Below are positions 1-11,110 of a stretch of DNA of 64,000 bases, piece by piece. The notes under the pieces are model-generated. The model searched no databases, had not been told where the DNA came from, and worked only from the letters and a program-made list of their open reading frames with translations. Position 1 is the stretch's first letter. Each line of letters starts with the position of its first letter. A program made the position numbers and the translations under genes. The DNA comes from Mobula hypostoma (lineage: Eukaryota): NCBI RefSeq assembly GCF_963921235.1, contig NC_086108.1, forward strand, positions 79,672,001 to 79,736,000, in the 5' to 3' direction.

Positions 1-560
1 GGTGGTGTATTCCTATGCTCCTGCTGTGCTTGTCATTGGTGGTAGAGTTTGCAGGCTTGGGTGGTGAGTAACTACAGTTCATTTTGTTGATTATACATTC
101 TGTTGCCACGTACACAACTGTGGATGAAATGAATAAATATTCAGGACTTTTGATGGGTGTTAATCATGGCGGCTCCTTTGACGTTTAGTTTTTTGCATGT
201 TGTGGGCACCACACTCAACCAGGCAAATGGAGTATATTCATTACACCCCTGACAAGCATAGTAAATGATGGAAAAGCCTGTCAGGAGGTTAGTCACTCAC
301 CTTGGGAATCCCAGCCTCAGGTCTGCTCTTGTAGCCATGGTGTTGATGTGGCTGGTTTAGTTAAACTTTTGGTCAGTGGTAGCTGTCAGGATATTGATGC
401 TAGGGACATCAAAATGAAATGGCTTTCCCATGGCCAAGGATAAGTGGTTAAACTCTCTCTTGCCAATGGCCATTGCCTGGCACCTTGGTGGCATAAATGT
501 TACCTTCCATTTATCAGCCTGTGCCTAAATGTTTTCTGCAGGCAGGCGTAGGGTGCTTTA
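1..560 (-). mobile_element. Old CR1-group LINE 3' fragment (degenerate)
   Basis: Minus strand near 300-365 translates LN*TSHINTMATRADLRLG, resembling the post-RT region of CR1-group ORF2; many stops. Confidence 0.45.
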
Positions 561-1342
561 CTAATCACAGAATTCAGAATGGAATTGGACATAAGAAGTC
601 TATATGAAAAGCATCCAAGATATTTTCTGGATCACTATTTTGAGCAAAAGCTATTTTGCATTTTGTTTTGTGCAAATGAAAAAAGGTTAATTAATAAGAT
701 TTTCAAGCAACCTTTGGGGAAAAGTGCCAATGATGGAATTTGACATTAATTTTGAAAGTGAAGTACATCAAATTTAAAGAAAGCTATGAAGGCACAAAAT
801 GTGATTGACAGTGGCTGATAGGGAGAACATATGTAAGTATAATGGTGACCATTGTACGATGGCGGACAGGTGATTATGAATAAATAGCTAAAATATAAAT
901 TTCTTTGACATGCAATTCCCTCAGTGTTCCCTCGGACCCTACAAGAGGTAAGTGCAGAAATTGTCGGGACCTAAGCAGAGATACTTAAAACATCCTTAGC
1001 GACAGGAGAGGTACCAGAAGATTGGAGGATAGCTAATGTTGTTCCGCTGTTTAAGAAAAGGCTCCAAACAGAAACCATGAAATTACAGGCTGGTGAGTCT
1101 GACATTAGTTTTGGGAAAGTCATTGGAAGGTATTCTAAGGGACTGGATATATAAGTATTTAGATAGACATAGACTGGTTAAGGATAGTCAGAATGGCTTT
1201 GTGCATGGCAGGTCATGTCTAACTAATCTTGCAGTTTTTCGAGGAAGTTACCAGGAAAATGGATGAAGGCAAGGTAGTGGATGTTTTCTACATGGACTTT
1301 GGTAACGCATTTGACAAGGTCCCAAATGGGAGGCTGGTCAAG

Positions 1343-1555
1343 CAACACACATCAAACTTGCTGGTGAATGCAGCAGGCCAGGCAGCATCTCTAGGAAGAG
1401 GTACAGTCGACGTTTTGGGCCGAGACCCTTCGTCCTGACATCTCGTCCCGAAACGTCAACTGTACCTCTTCCTAGAGATGCTGCCTGGCCTGCTGCGTTC
1501 ACCAGCAACTTTTATGTGTGTTGCTTGAAATTCCAGCATCTACAGATTTCCTCGT
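1343..1555. mobile_element. Fold-back (inverted) remnant of a Penelope-like element terminus
   Basis: 1343-~1430 is the reverse complement of ~1440-1525. Flanked by ggctggtcaag (1332-1342) and ggctggttaag (1556-1566). Confidence 0.85.
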
Positions 1556-1981
1556 GGCTGGTTAAGAAGGTTCAGTCGCTCAGCATTCAGGATGAGGTAG
1601 TAAATTGAATTAGACATTGGCTTTGTGGGAGAACCTGGAGTGGTATTTGAAAGTTGCCTCTCTGACTTATGATTAGTGGTGTGCTGCAAGGATTGGTGCT
1701 GGGTTCATTGTCGTTTGTCATCTATATAATGATCTGGATGATATTGTGGTTAACTAGATCAGCAAATTTGCAGATTGCACGTAGATTTGGGGTGTAGTGG
1801 ACAGCAAGGAAGCTACCGTGACTTACAGAAGGATCTGCATCGGCTGGAAGAATAGGCTGAAAGATGGCAGATGGACCTTAATGCAGACAAGTGTGAGGTG
1901 TTGCACTTCGGTGGGCCTTAAACAGTGAATGGTAGGGAACTGAGGAGCGTTGTAGGACAAAGGGATCTGGGAATACAAGTC

Positions 1982-2738
1982 GCAAACATGAGGAAATTTG
2001 CAGATGCTGGAAAATCAAGCATCACACACAAAATGCTGGTGGAATGCAGCAGGCCAGGCAGCATCTCTAGGGAGAAGTACAGTCGCCCCGACGCAGACTG
2101 GGAGACAGTTTCGCTGAACACCTACGCTCTGTCCACCAGAGAAAGCCGGATCTCCCAATGGCCACACATTTTAATTCCACGTCCCAATTCCCATTCTGGT
2201 ATGTCAATCCATGGCCTCCTCTACTGTCAAGATGAAGTCACACGCAGGTTGGAGGAACAACACCTTATATTCCGTCTGGGTAGCCTCCAACTTGATGGCA
2301 TGAACATTGATTTCTCTAACTTCGGTTAATGCCCCTCCGCCCCCCCCCTTATTTGTTTGTTTGTTTGTTTGTTTGTTTATTTATTTATTTATCTTTTCTC
2401 TCTCTCTCTGTCCCTCTCATAATAACTCCTCGCTTGCTCTCCATCTTCCTCTGGTGCTCCCCTCCCCCTATCCTTCTCCCTAGGCCTCCCGTCCCATGAT
2501 CCTCTCCCTTCTCCAGCCTTGTATCCTTTTTGCCAATCAACTTTCCAGCTCTTAGCTCCATCCCTTCCCCCTCCTGTCTTCTCCTATCATTTCAGATCTC
2601 CCCCTCCCACTTTCAAATCTCTTACTATCTCTCCTTTCAGTTAATTCTGATCAAGGGTCTTGGCCCGAAATGTTGACTGTACTTCTTCCTATAGATGTTG
2701 CCTGGCCTGCTGCGTTCCACCGGCATTTTGTATGTGTT
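1982..2738 (+). mobile_element. 5'-truncated Penelope-like element with inverted terminal piece
   Basis: GIY-YIG C-terminal peptide SIHGLLYCQDEVTRRLEEQHLIFRLGSLQLDGMNIDF; 1982-~2084 is an inverted copy of the element end; 14-bp TSD tgggaatacaagtc at 1968-1981 and 2739-2752. Confidence 0.9.
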
Positions 2739-3924
2739 TGGGAATACAAGTCCATAGTTTGTTGAAAATGTCTTTACAGGTAGATACATTGGCCTTCATA
2801 AATCAGAGTATTGAGTATAGGAGTTGGAATGTTATGTTGAAGTTGTATAAGACTTTGGTGAGGCCTAAATTGGAGTATTGTGTGGAGTTTTGGTCACCTA
2901 CCTGCTGGAAAGATGTAAACAAGATTGAAAGGGTACAGAGAAAAGTTACAAGGATATTGCTGGGTCTGGAGGACCTGAGTTATAAGGAAAGATTGAACAG
3001 GTTAGAACTGTATTCTTTAGAATGTAGAAGATTGAGAGGAGATTTGATGCAAAATTATGAGGGGTATAGATAGGGTAAGTGCAAGCAGGGTTTTTCCACT
3101 GAGGTTGAGTGGGTATACAATCAGAGGTCATGACTTAAGGGTGAACGGTGAGAAGTTTAAGGGGATCAAGAGGGGAAACCTCTTCACTCAGAGGGTTGTG
3201 AGTGTGGAATGAGCTGCTAGCACAAGTGGTTCATGCGAACTCGATTTCAATGTTTAAGCGAAGCTTGGATAGGTACATGGATGGAGGGCTAAGGTCCCAG
3301 TGGAGGCTGTTGGGAGTAAGCAGCTTAAATGGTTTTGGCGTGGCCTAGATGGTCCAAAGGGCTTGCTTCTGTGTGGTACTTCTCTATGACTCTGTAATCC
3401 CCATTAGGAAACATGTATTGAAAATTGATTGCCAAGGAATTCAAGGTGTTAAATCCAAGAAAAAGCATGCCAGAATTGAGAGTATTTTGGAACTCTGAAA
3501 GGGAGGATCAAAAAAGATAAAAGACAGAATGTGCAAAAACACATAAAACTCCAAGCTTTAATAAATATGAAAAAAGGGAAACACTAGTGAGGGCTCATGT
3601 GGACCCTTATAAACAAAGATAGGACTATACATAATGGTAAATAAGGAAATGGCAGGGGAATGAAACAATTATTTAATGTTTGTCTTCACTGAAGAGGCAC
3701 AAAACCTGCCCAATATATTAGAGATTCAAATTTCAGGAAGAATGAAGAAATGAAGGAATTAATAGTCGAAATTGTACTGAAGCTTGGAGGCTAATAAATC
3801 TGATTTAATCAAAAATATATGATTATATTCTTGAGTTTTGAAATAAGTACTTTTACAGAAAGAGTATGCTCAAGTTATAAGCTTCCAGATTTTCTAAACA
3901 TCTTGAAATTATTCCAGTGGATGG

Positions 3925-5121
3925 AGATGTGCCTGCCCCATATACACCGATATAAAGGAGGCCTCATTTCCTCTGTCTCTGCCGCAGCTATTCTCATTAG
4001 TTCATACTAGAACTAACGAGATCTCCTCCTCCTTCAAAGGGGCCTTCCTTCCTCCATCAACGTTGCCCTCAACTGCATGTCATCCATTTCGCACACGTCT
4101 GCCCTCACGCCATCCTCCCATCAACTCACCAGGGACAAGGTTCCTCTAGTCCTCATCTATCACCCCAGTAATCTCTGCTTACAGTACATAATTTTCTGTA
4201 ACTTCCGCCATCTTGAATGGGATCCCACCACCAAGCACATCTTTTCCTCCCCACCCACTTTCCACTTTCCACAGGGATCGCTCCCTATGCAACTCCCTTG
4301 TCCATTCTTCCCTCCCCACTGATCTCCCTCCAGATACTTATCCTTGCAAGCGGAACAAGAGCCATACCAGGCCCCACACCCCCTCCCTCACTACCATTCA
4401 GAGTCCCAAACAGACCTTCCAGGTGAGATGTCACTTCACCTGTGGGTCTATTGGCCTTATGTACTGTATCCGGTGTTTCCAGTGTGGATTCCTGTATATC
4501 AGTGGGACCTGATGTAGATTGTGAGATCGCTTTGCCGAGCACTTATGCTCCGTCCGCCAGAAAAAGCCAGATTTCCAGGTGGCCACCCATTTCAAATCTA
4601 CTTCCCTTTCCAACATGTCAGTCCAGGGCCTGCTCTACTATCACAATGAGGCAATGCCCAGGTTGGAGGAGCAACATCGTATATTCTGTCTGGATAGCCT
4701 CCAACCTGATAGCATGAACATTTATTTCTTGAACTTCTGGTAATTGCCGCCCCCCCCCGCCCCCTGCTCACCATTCCCATTTCCCTCTCTCACCTTATCT
4801 TCTTATCTGCCCATCACCTGCTTCTGGTGCTCTTCCCTTTTCCCTTTCTTCCGTGGTCCTCTACCCTCTTCTATCAGATTCCCCCTTCTCCAGCCCTTTA
4901 TCTCTTTCATCCTTCAACTTCCTAGCTCTTTACTTCACCCATCCTGGTTTCACCAATCACCTACTGTCTTGTAATTCTTCCTCCCCTCCCCCCACCTTCT
5001 TGCACTAACTTCTCGTTGTTTAACAGTCCTGATGAAGGGTCTCAGCCCAAACTGTCAACTGTTCACTCTTTTTCATAGATGCTGCCTGGCCTGCAGAGTT
5101 CCTCCAGCATGTTGTGTGTGT
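3925..5121 (+). mobile_element. Older Penelope-like element fragment
   Basis: Peptides DKVPLVLIYHP... and FQVRCHFTCGSIGLMYCIRCFQCGFLYISGT (degenerate GIY-YIG); degenerate hammerhead near 5024-5061; candidate TSD tggatgg at 3918-3924 and 5122-5128. Confidence 0.8.
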
Positions 5122-5679
5122 TGGATGGGAATTAGGTTTAACATGGGTAGTATGAAAGGAAAATCACGTTTGACTGATATGCTGGAATTGTTTGATGTGA
5201 CGTGTAGAATACACATGGGGAAAACCACTGGATGCAGTGTATTTGTATTTTTAAGAATATGTTTAGTAAGGAACTGAAATTGGCTTACTATTGTTACATG
5301 TAACAAGGTTGTAAAAAGCTTCTCTGATATACTGCTAATGCAAATCAATTCTATACATAGTACACTGAGGTAGTACAAAATAAAATAAAGCAGAATGAAG
5401 AATGAATAAAGCTAGGGAAGTACAGTGTAGGTAAGACAACAAGGTACAATATTGCAATGAAGTATATTGTGAGGGGAAGAGTCCATCATATTGTACTAGG
5501 AAACCATTCTATAGCCTTAAAACAGTGGTGTAGAAGCTGTTTAAACCTGGTGTTATATGCTTTCAGGATTTTATATCTTCTGCCTGATGGAAAAGGGGGA
5601 AGATGAGGGAATGTCTGGGGTGGGTGGAGTCCTTGATTATGCTGACTGTTTTACCAAGGCAGCAATTCAGGAACCTCAA

Positions 5680-5995
5680 GGATTTTCTTTTCTTTTCTTT
5701 TTTGGCGTGTGCGTTTGTGTCTGCATGTGCGTGCATGTCTGTGCATGTGCATCTGCAAGTCCGTGCGTGCGTCCATGATGATGTCTTTTTCATGACTTTT
5801 ACAAGGGGTGGAGCGAGAGAGAGAGAGACTGTGTGGCGCGCCACTCCTCACGCAGACATTTTCACAGTATTTTCCCTTTATATTATGAGGTCGAGTTGCG
5901 ATCTCAAAACTCAACCCGGCACGGATGGAAAGCATACTCGGGAGCGGACCCAACTAGTTTCGAACCCGAGAAACTCTGCTCCCAGTTGCACCACC
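5680..5995 (-). mobile_element. tRNA-headed SINE-like element
   Basis: Minus strand starts ggtggtgcaa... with a B-box-like GGTTCGAAAC, has core ctttccatccgtgccgggttga and ends in an A-rich (aaaag)n tail. Confidence 0.55.
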
Positions 5996-6851
5996 ATTTT
6001 CTAATTTTCTAAGGTAGCCAGGCAAATGCATGATTAGCAAAGGGAAATTAATTTTCCTTCAAAATTTATTTTAGGACAGTGTAAAAATGAGAGAGGGCCA
6101 AGGTGCACAAAATTCAGGGCATAGATGTAGGAAACCTAGGTCTAACACTAGAGGCATAGGTTCAGACTAAGGGGCAAGAGGTTTGGAGGAGGAATTGTCC
6201 TTTCCACCTATGGGTTGGTTGCAATCTTGAACATTGGAGTTAGAGACAATCACAACATTTAAATATATGATTGAGCAAACTAATTGCCAAGGCATACAAA
6301 GTTAGCATCCAAGCTATGGCCCCACCATCCAGGTCATGCTCTCTTCTCACTGCTGCCATTAGAAATGAGGAACAGAAGCCTTAGGTCCCACACTACCAAG
6401 TTCAGGAACAGTTATTACCCCTCAGCCATTAGGCTCCTGAACCAGTGAGGATAATTTCATTCATCCCAACACTGAAATGCTTCCACAACCTACGTACCCA
6501 CTTTCAAGGACTCTACAGTTCATGTTCTCAATATTTATTACTTTTTTTTATTATTATTATTTTTTTCCTTCATCTGTCTAGTCTTTGCACTATTTGTCTT
6601 TTACCCATTGCTTGCTTGTCGATGTTTGTGTGCAGTTTTTCATTGATTCTATTATTTGTCTTTGTATTTACAGTGAATGCCTACAAAAAATGGATCTCAG
6701 GCTAATTTTTGTGATATGTGACTGTAAACAAAAGTGAAGTCTCCATTTAGAAGGCAACTTTGGCTGTTTTTCTCTCCTCCATCCTGCTCATGTCTAGATG
6801 AAGAATCACCTTTTGTAACCAAGAAAAACGACAGATGTAGTTGAAATAACA

Positions 6852-6971
6852 TTTATTTCACATGAAAACTATTCTTCTCCTGATGAACTAACAGTTGACA
6901 TTTGATTGTTTTTCAGTGCAACTTTTCTTGTTCCCTGTGTTTATGCTGAATTAATTCCATTCCACTTTATT
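6852..6971 (-). terminator. Two candidate UROD polyadenylation signals (AATAAA at 6971-6966 and 6857-6852)
   Basis: Plus-strand tttatt at 6966-6971 and 6852-6857, about 15 and 130 nt downstream of the stop codon. Confidence 0.55.
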
Positions 6972-6985
6972 GCATACCGACTGCT

Positions 6986-7150
6986 TTACTCATTCTTGCA
7001 TTTTTCTCGTGAGTACGTATGTACGGATTCCACAAACGTGGCCACATGTTCAGGATCCATATCAGGATACATGCCGTGTCCCAAATTTGCAATGTAGCGC
7101 TGTGTACCAAACTCTTCAATCATTTTCTTCACAATTTCACTTATTTTATC
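6986..7150 (-). CDS. UROD: UROD last coding exon 10 (165 bp to stop)
   Basis: aaatttag|GAT AAA...GAG TAA; translates [54 protein letters not shown], with NLGHG (human His339 equivalent). TAA is at 6988-6986. Confidence 0.96.
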   Translation of the reverse strand, partial: DKISEIVKKMIEEFGTQRYIANLGHGMYPDMDPEHVATFVESVHTYSREKCKNE

Positions 7151-7228
7151 CTAAATTTAAACAGAAGGCATTGTGATTTGAATTCAAAATTTATCCCCTC
7201 AACTAAAATGCAGAGGTCTGCTGCTTAC

Positions 7229-7295
7229 CTTGGGTGCATATAGTGCACAGGGATCCATGTTACCTTGAAGAGTCACTTTTCTTCCTGTTTTTTCA
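7229..7295 (-). CDS. UROD: UROD coding exon 9 (67 bp)
   Basis: ttctctttcag|T GAA AAA...CCC AAG|gtaagc; translates (R)EKTGRKVTLQGNMDPCALYAPK. Confidence 0.96.
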
Positions 7296-8697
7296 CTGAA
7301 AGAGAAGCAACATTAAATTTCCACATTTCTGCTTCATATATACCTGTAAGGAAAATACTGACAAAGGCAAGTATCTTTCAGAATATTTGGCTCTGCTAAA
7401 GTGTTATCTTTAGGCACCAGTGATTGGGAAGATGTTACTTTCAGGATGAATAGGACAAATGAGGCAGTTGTGATGTACGACTCCTGTTGTTAATGGGGAA
7501 AAAAATAACATTTAAAATCCCAGCAATTTAAACAAAAGAATATTGTTTTCTGGATGGTTTAGGCAATAATTTTATAACATGATTAATTGAAAAACTTTTT
7601 TTTTCTTGGATTAACTACTCTTATGTAAACTAATCCTTATTTTAATTTGTTCGGATTCTGGCAGGTTGCTTGGCTCGTCTGCAATTACAGAGCAACTGCA
7701 ATAGTCGGTAAATACTGTCATGCAACTTTCTTAAAATTTTGTACAGCTATATCATCTATTTCATTACTGATTTTTTTCTTTGTGTGGTTTTTCCAGCATT
7801 AGTTGTTGCAGCAGTAGAAATGAATAAAAACTCCTGATTCCTTCTCTCATTTTCCATTCCTTATAGTGGTTGCTTCTTCCCTCCGTTACATATTGATGAA
7901 TACAGGCAGATGAGGTTTTCTGCTCATTTCCTTCATCTCCATTTCTTGACACTACCAAGTGAATCCATTTCACATTTCAGTATTGGAAGTGGTAATGTCC
8001 TTGAAGTGTCTAGAGGTCACATCACCCCCTTGCACTTTTCGTTGAAGGTCTGTCTCAGCTAAAACCAACAGAAACTTTGATACATTTTTGGGGTCTTTCA
8101 TGGTATTAAGTTTGGTTTTATAATAAAAACAAAAAGTCAGCTGGCATTCTTTGTGTATCACTGCATCTGATCTTGTGTTCTTTTCCATCAGGGTCAATAA
8201 GTGACAATAAGTGGGAATCTTGTCCATCTTTCCCCCCCTTTCTGTACCCAACACCACTGACTTGACCTGATTACGATCAATTAACACATAAGATTACATA
8301 GATTATAATAGTGGAAGCCAACTGATATTTTTGTTCTTAAGATTAAACTTGCATTCCCTAATCAGTGCCTTTCAGCAACTCTTTCATAGACTTGTCAAGT
8401 ACTCTTTGAAAAGTATCTAATCTATATGGCCTCAGCAGCAGCTCCACTATTCTAAATGCTCAGAAGCAGATTTCTTAATTATTAGTAACAACTTTTCATT
8501 CATGGCGCCGAGTATTAGATCTCCGACAAGTGGACCTGTCTATTTTTAGTGAATTTTACCAGGTCACCTCTACTCTACACTTTAATAAGGATAAAGCCAA
8601 GCTTACATGGAAGCTGTAATTCAAGATGGCTTCTATTATTATCAATCATATTTGATTTGCCATAACTTGCGATCAAAAACTGCATGTTTCAATGAGG

Positions 8698-9265
8698 AAC
8701 ATACATCAAAGTTGCTGGTGAACGCAGCAGGCCAAGCAGCATCCATAGGAAGAGGCGCAGTCGACGTTTCAGGCCGAGACCCTTCGTCAGGACTAACTGA
8801 AGGAAGAGTGAGTAAGGGATTTGAAAGCTGGAGGGGGAGGGGGAGATGCAAAATGATAGGAGAAGACAGGAGGGGGAGGGATGGAGCCGAGAGCTGGACA
8901 GGTGATAGGCAGAAGGGGATACGAGAGGATCATGGGACAGGAGGCCTAGGGAGAAAGACTGGGGGGGGGGGTGACCCAGAGGATGGGCAAGAGGTATATT
9001 CAGAGGGAGAAAAAGGAGAGTGAGAGAAAGAATGTGTGCATAAAAATGAGTAACAGCTGGGGTACGAGGGGGAGGTGGGGCCTAGCGGAAGTTAGAGAAG
9101 TCAATGTTCATGCCATCAGGTTGGAGGCTACCCAGACGGAATATAAGGTGTTGTTCCTCCAACCTGAGTGTGGCTTCATCTTTAAAATGTGTGGCCACTG
9201 GGAGATCCTGCTTTCTCTGGCAGACAGAGCGTAGATGTTCAGCAAAGCGGTCTCCCAGTCTGCGT
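8698..9265 (-). mobile_element. Penelope-like element 3' part (young family)
   Basis: Near-identical reverse complement of ~25200-25830 and ~40450-41081, with an internal deletion of about 50 bp near 9184. Confidence 0.9.
8758..8799 (-). ncRNA. Minimal type I hammerhead ribozyme motif (Penelope-associated)
   Basis: Minus strand cagttagtc-CTGACGA-agggtctcggcct-GAAA-cGTC-gactg: complete core, stem I tagtc/gactg, short stem II, palindromic ACGT at stem III and a GUC cleavage triplet. Confidence 0.75.
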
Positions 9266-9324
9266 TTGTGTGCTGCCTTTGCTAAATGAAATGGTGAAGA
9301 AATATTCTATGTGTATAACAGTAG

Positions 9325-9970
9325 ATTACCCTGATGGACTGTTTATTGTCACCAGAGATTTTAACCATGAGAACCTCAAGTCAGTGCTCCCCAAATTCCA
9401 TCAGCATGTGGACTTTGCAACAAGAGGGGCGAACGCGTTGGACCTTGTTTATACAAACATCCCCGACGCGTACTGGGCAGAGCCCCGACTCCACCTCGGT
9501 TACTCAGACCACATTATGCTAATGCTAATCCCAGCATACAGACCGCTCGTCAGATGCTCCAGACCAGTTCAGAAGCAGGTGAAAACCTGGCCAGCAGGAG
9601 CCATCTCTGCTCTTCAAGATTGCTTTGAGCACACTGACTGGCACATGTTCAGGGAGGCTGCAACCGATGGCAACCCTACCAACCTAGAGGAGTACACGGC
9701 CTCAGTGACTAGCTACATCAGCAAGTGCATTGATGATGCTGCTGTGTCCAAGATCATCACTACACGCTCTAACCAGAAGCCATGGATGACCGCAGAGGTG
9801 CGTGCGCTGCTGAGGACCCGTGACTCTGCCTTCAGGGCAGGCAATAAGACAGCCCTAACAACAGCAAGTGCCAAACTGTCCCGGGCCATCAGCGAGGCAA
9901 AGCGTGCACACACCCAGCCACTTCCAGGACGGCGGTGACATGCGGCGCATGTGGAAGGGCATTCAGGACA
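9325..9970 (+). mobile_element. Rex/Babar-type LINE fragment (endonuclease C-terminus and linker)
   Basis: ORF 9189..9938 contains [18 protein letters not shown]...[13 protein letters not shown]...LGYSDH...[14 protein letters not shown]. Confidence 0.75.
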
Positions 9971-10604
9971 ATCTGCAAAAAATAATGAACAAATTGTGCA
10001 AAAAAAAAACTAACATTCCTCAGAACATGAACCGCAGAGTTCCGAAAGCAAGTCCACGGCCACTTAGCCAGTTGAGCAGTCAGTCCAGGAACCTAATGTT
10101 TGCAGGCCACAACTGTGGATCCAGGTTCATCACCGAGGTGAGTTCCGATGGTTACAGGCTGCAACTGCAGAGTCAGTTCAGTGCTAAGGTGAGTAAAGCC
10201 TCCCGGAATAGTGAGATGAGCACTGGTTCATCTTCCACTCTCAGCCTTGATGCCTTAAGCCCTTTCAATCTGGCTCCATGCTTAAATCGGCAAAACATTG
10301 GTTTGTTATCCGCTCTTCGGTATGGATCTTGCCACTTCAGTCTGGCCTGAAGATTCTATCTGGCCCCAAGTCTACTCTAGCAATGGCTGCCATGGCCATC
10401 GGTGCATTCTCGAGAGTTTAGTTTGCCGACTATTTCAGGATATTGCAAAACTGCTAGGTTGTACAGATGGTTTAAAAGCACAACTCCCAAGGGGAAATTA
10501 CAGGCTGGGATTGCAGTGATCATAGTCCTGAAAAAGTATATTTAGTGGAATAGTTAGTAGATTTGTTTGCTGCCTGTAAAGCATGTCTCTCCAGCACCAT
10601 CTTT

Positions 10605-11110
10605 GCAGCATAGATAGTTGGGTTAGTAAGTTTGCATATGACATGAAGATTGGTCGTGTTGTGGATAGCGTAGAAGACTGGCAAAAAATACAACAGGCTA
10701 TAGATAGTTGCAGATACGGGTGGAAAAATGGCAGATGGAATTTAACCTGGCCAAATGTGAAGTTTTGCACTGGGTAGATCAAATTCAAAGAGCAAGACTT
10801 ATGACATTCTTGCCTTTATTAGTTGAGGCCTTAAGTTCAAAAGTCGGGAAACTAAGTTGCAGGTTTATAAAACTCTAGTTAGGCCGCATCTGGAGTATCG
10901 CATACAGTTCTGGTTGACCCATTATAGGAAGGATGCCGTGGCTTCGGAGAGAGTGCAGAAAGGATTACCAGGATGTTGCCTGGATTAGAGGGCATGCACT
11001 ACAATGAGACAAACTTGGGTTGTTTTCTCTGGAGTGGTAGAGGCTTAGAGGAGGGCTGACAGAGGCTTATAAGATTATGAGAGACATAGATAGAGAGTCA
11101 TTCCGAGGAT
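10605..11110 (+). mobile_element. Degenerate CR1 fragment
   Basis: WVSKFAYDMKIGRVVDS (degenerate FADD) and downstream LVRPHLEY-like coding. Confidence 0.75.

Larger units (their letters stand above)
925..3395 (+). mobile_element. Degenerate CR1 LINE (ORF2 RT to 3' end), interrupted by two Penelope-like insertions
   Basis: Peptides FFEEVTRKMDEGKVVDVFYMDFGNAFDKVP and LYKTLVRPKLEYCVEFWSP...LYSLECRRLRGDL; ends in a ctctatgactctg tail. Confidence 0.9.
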
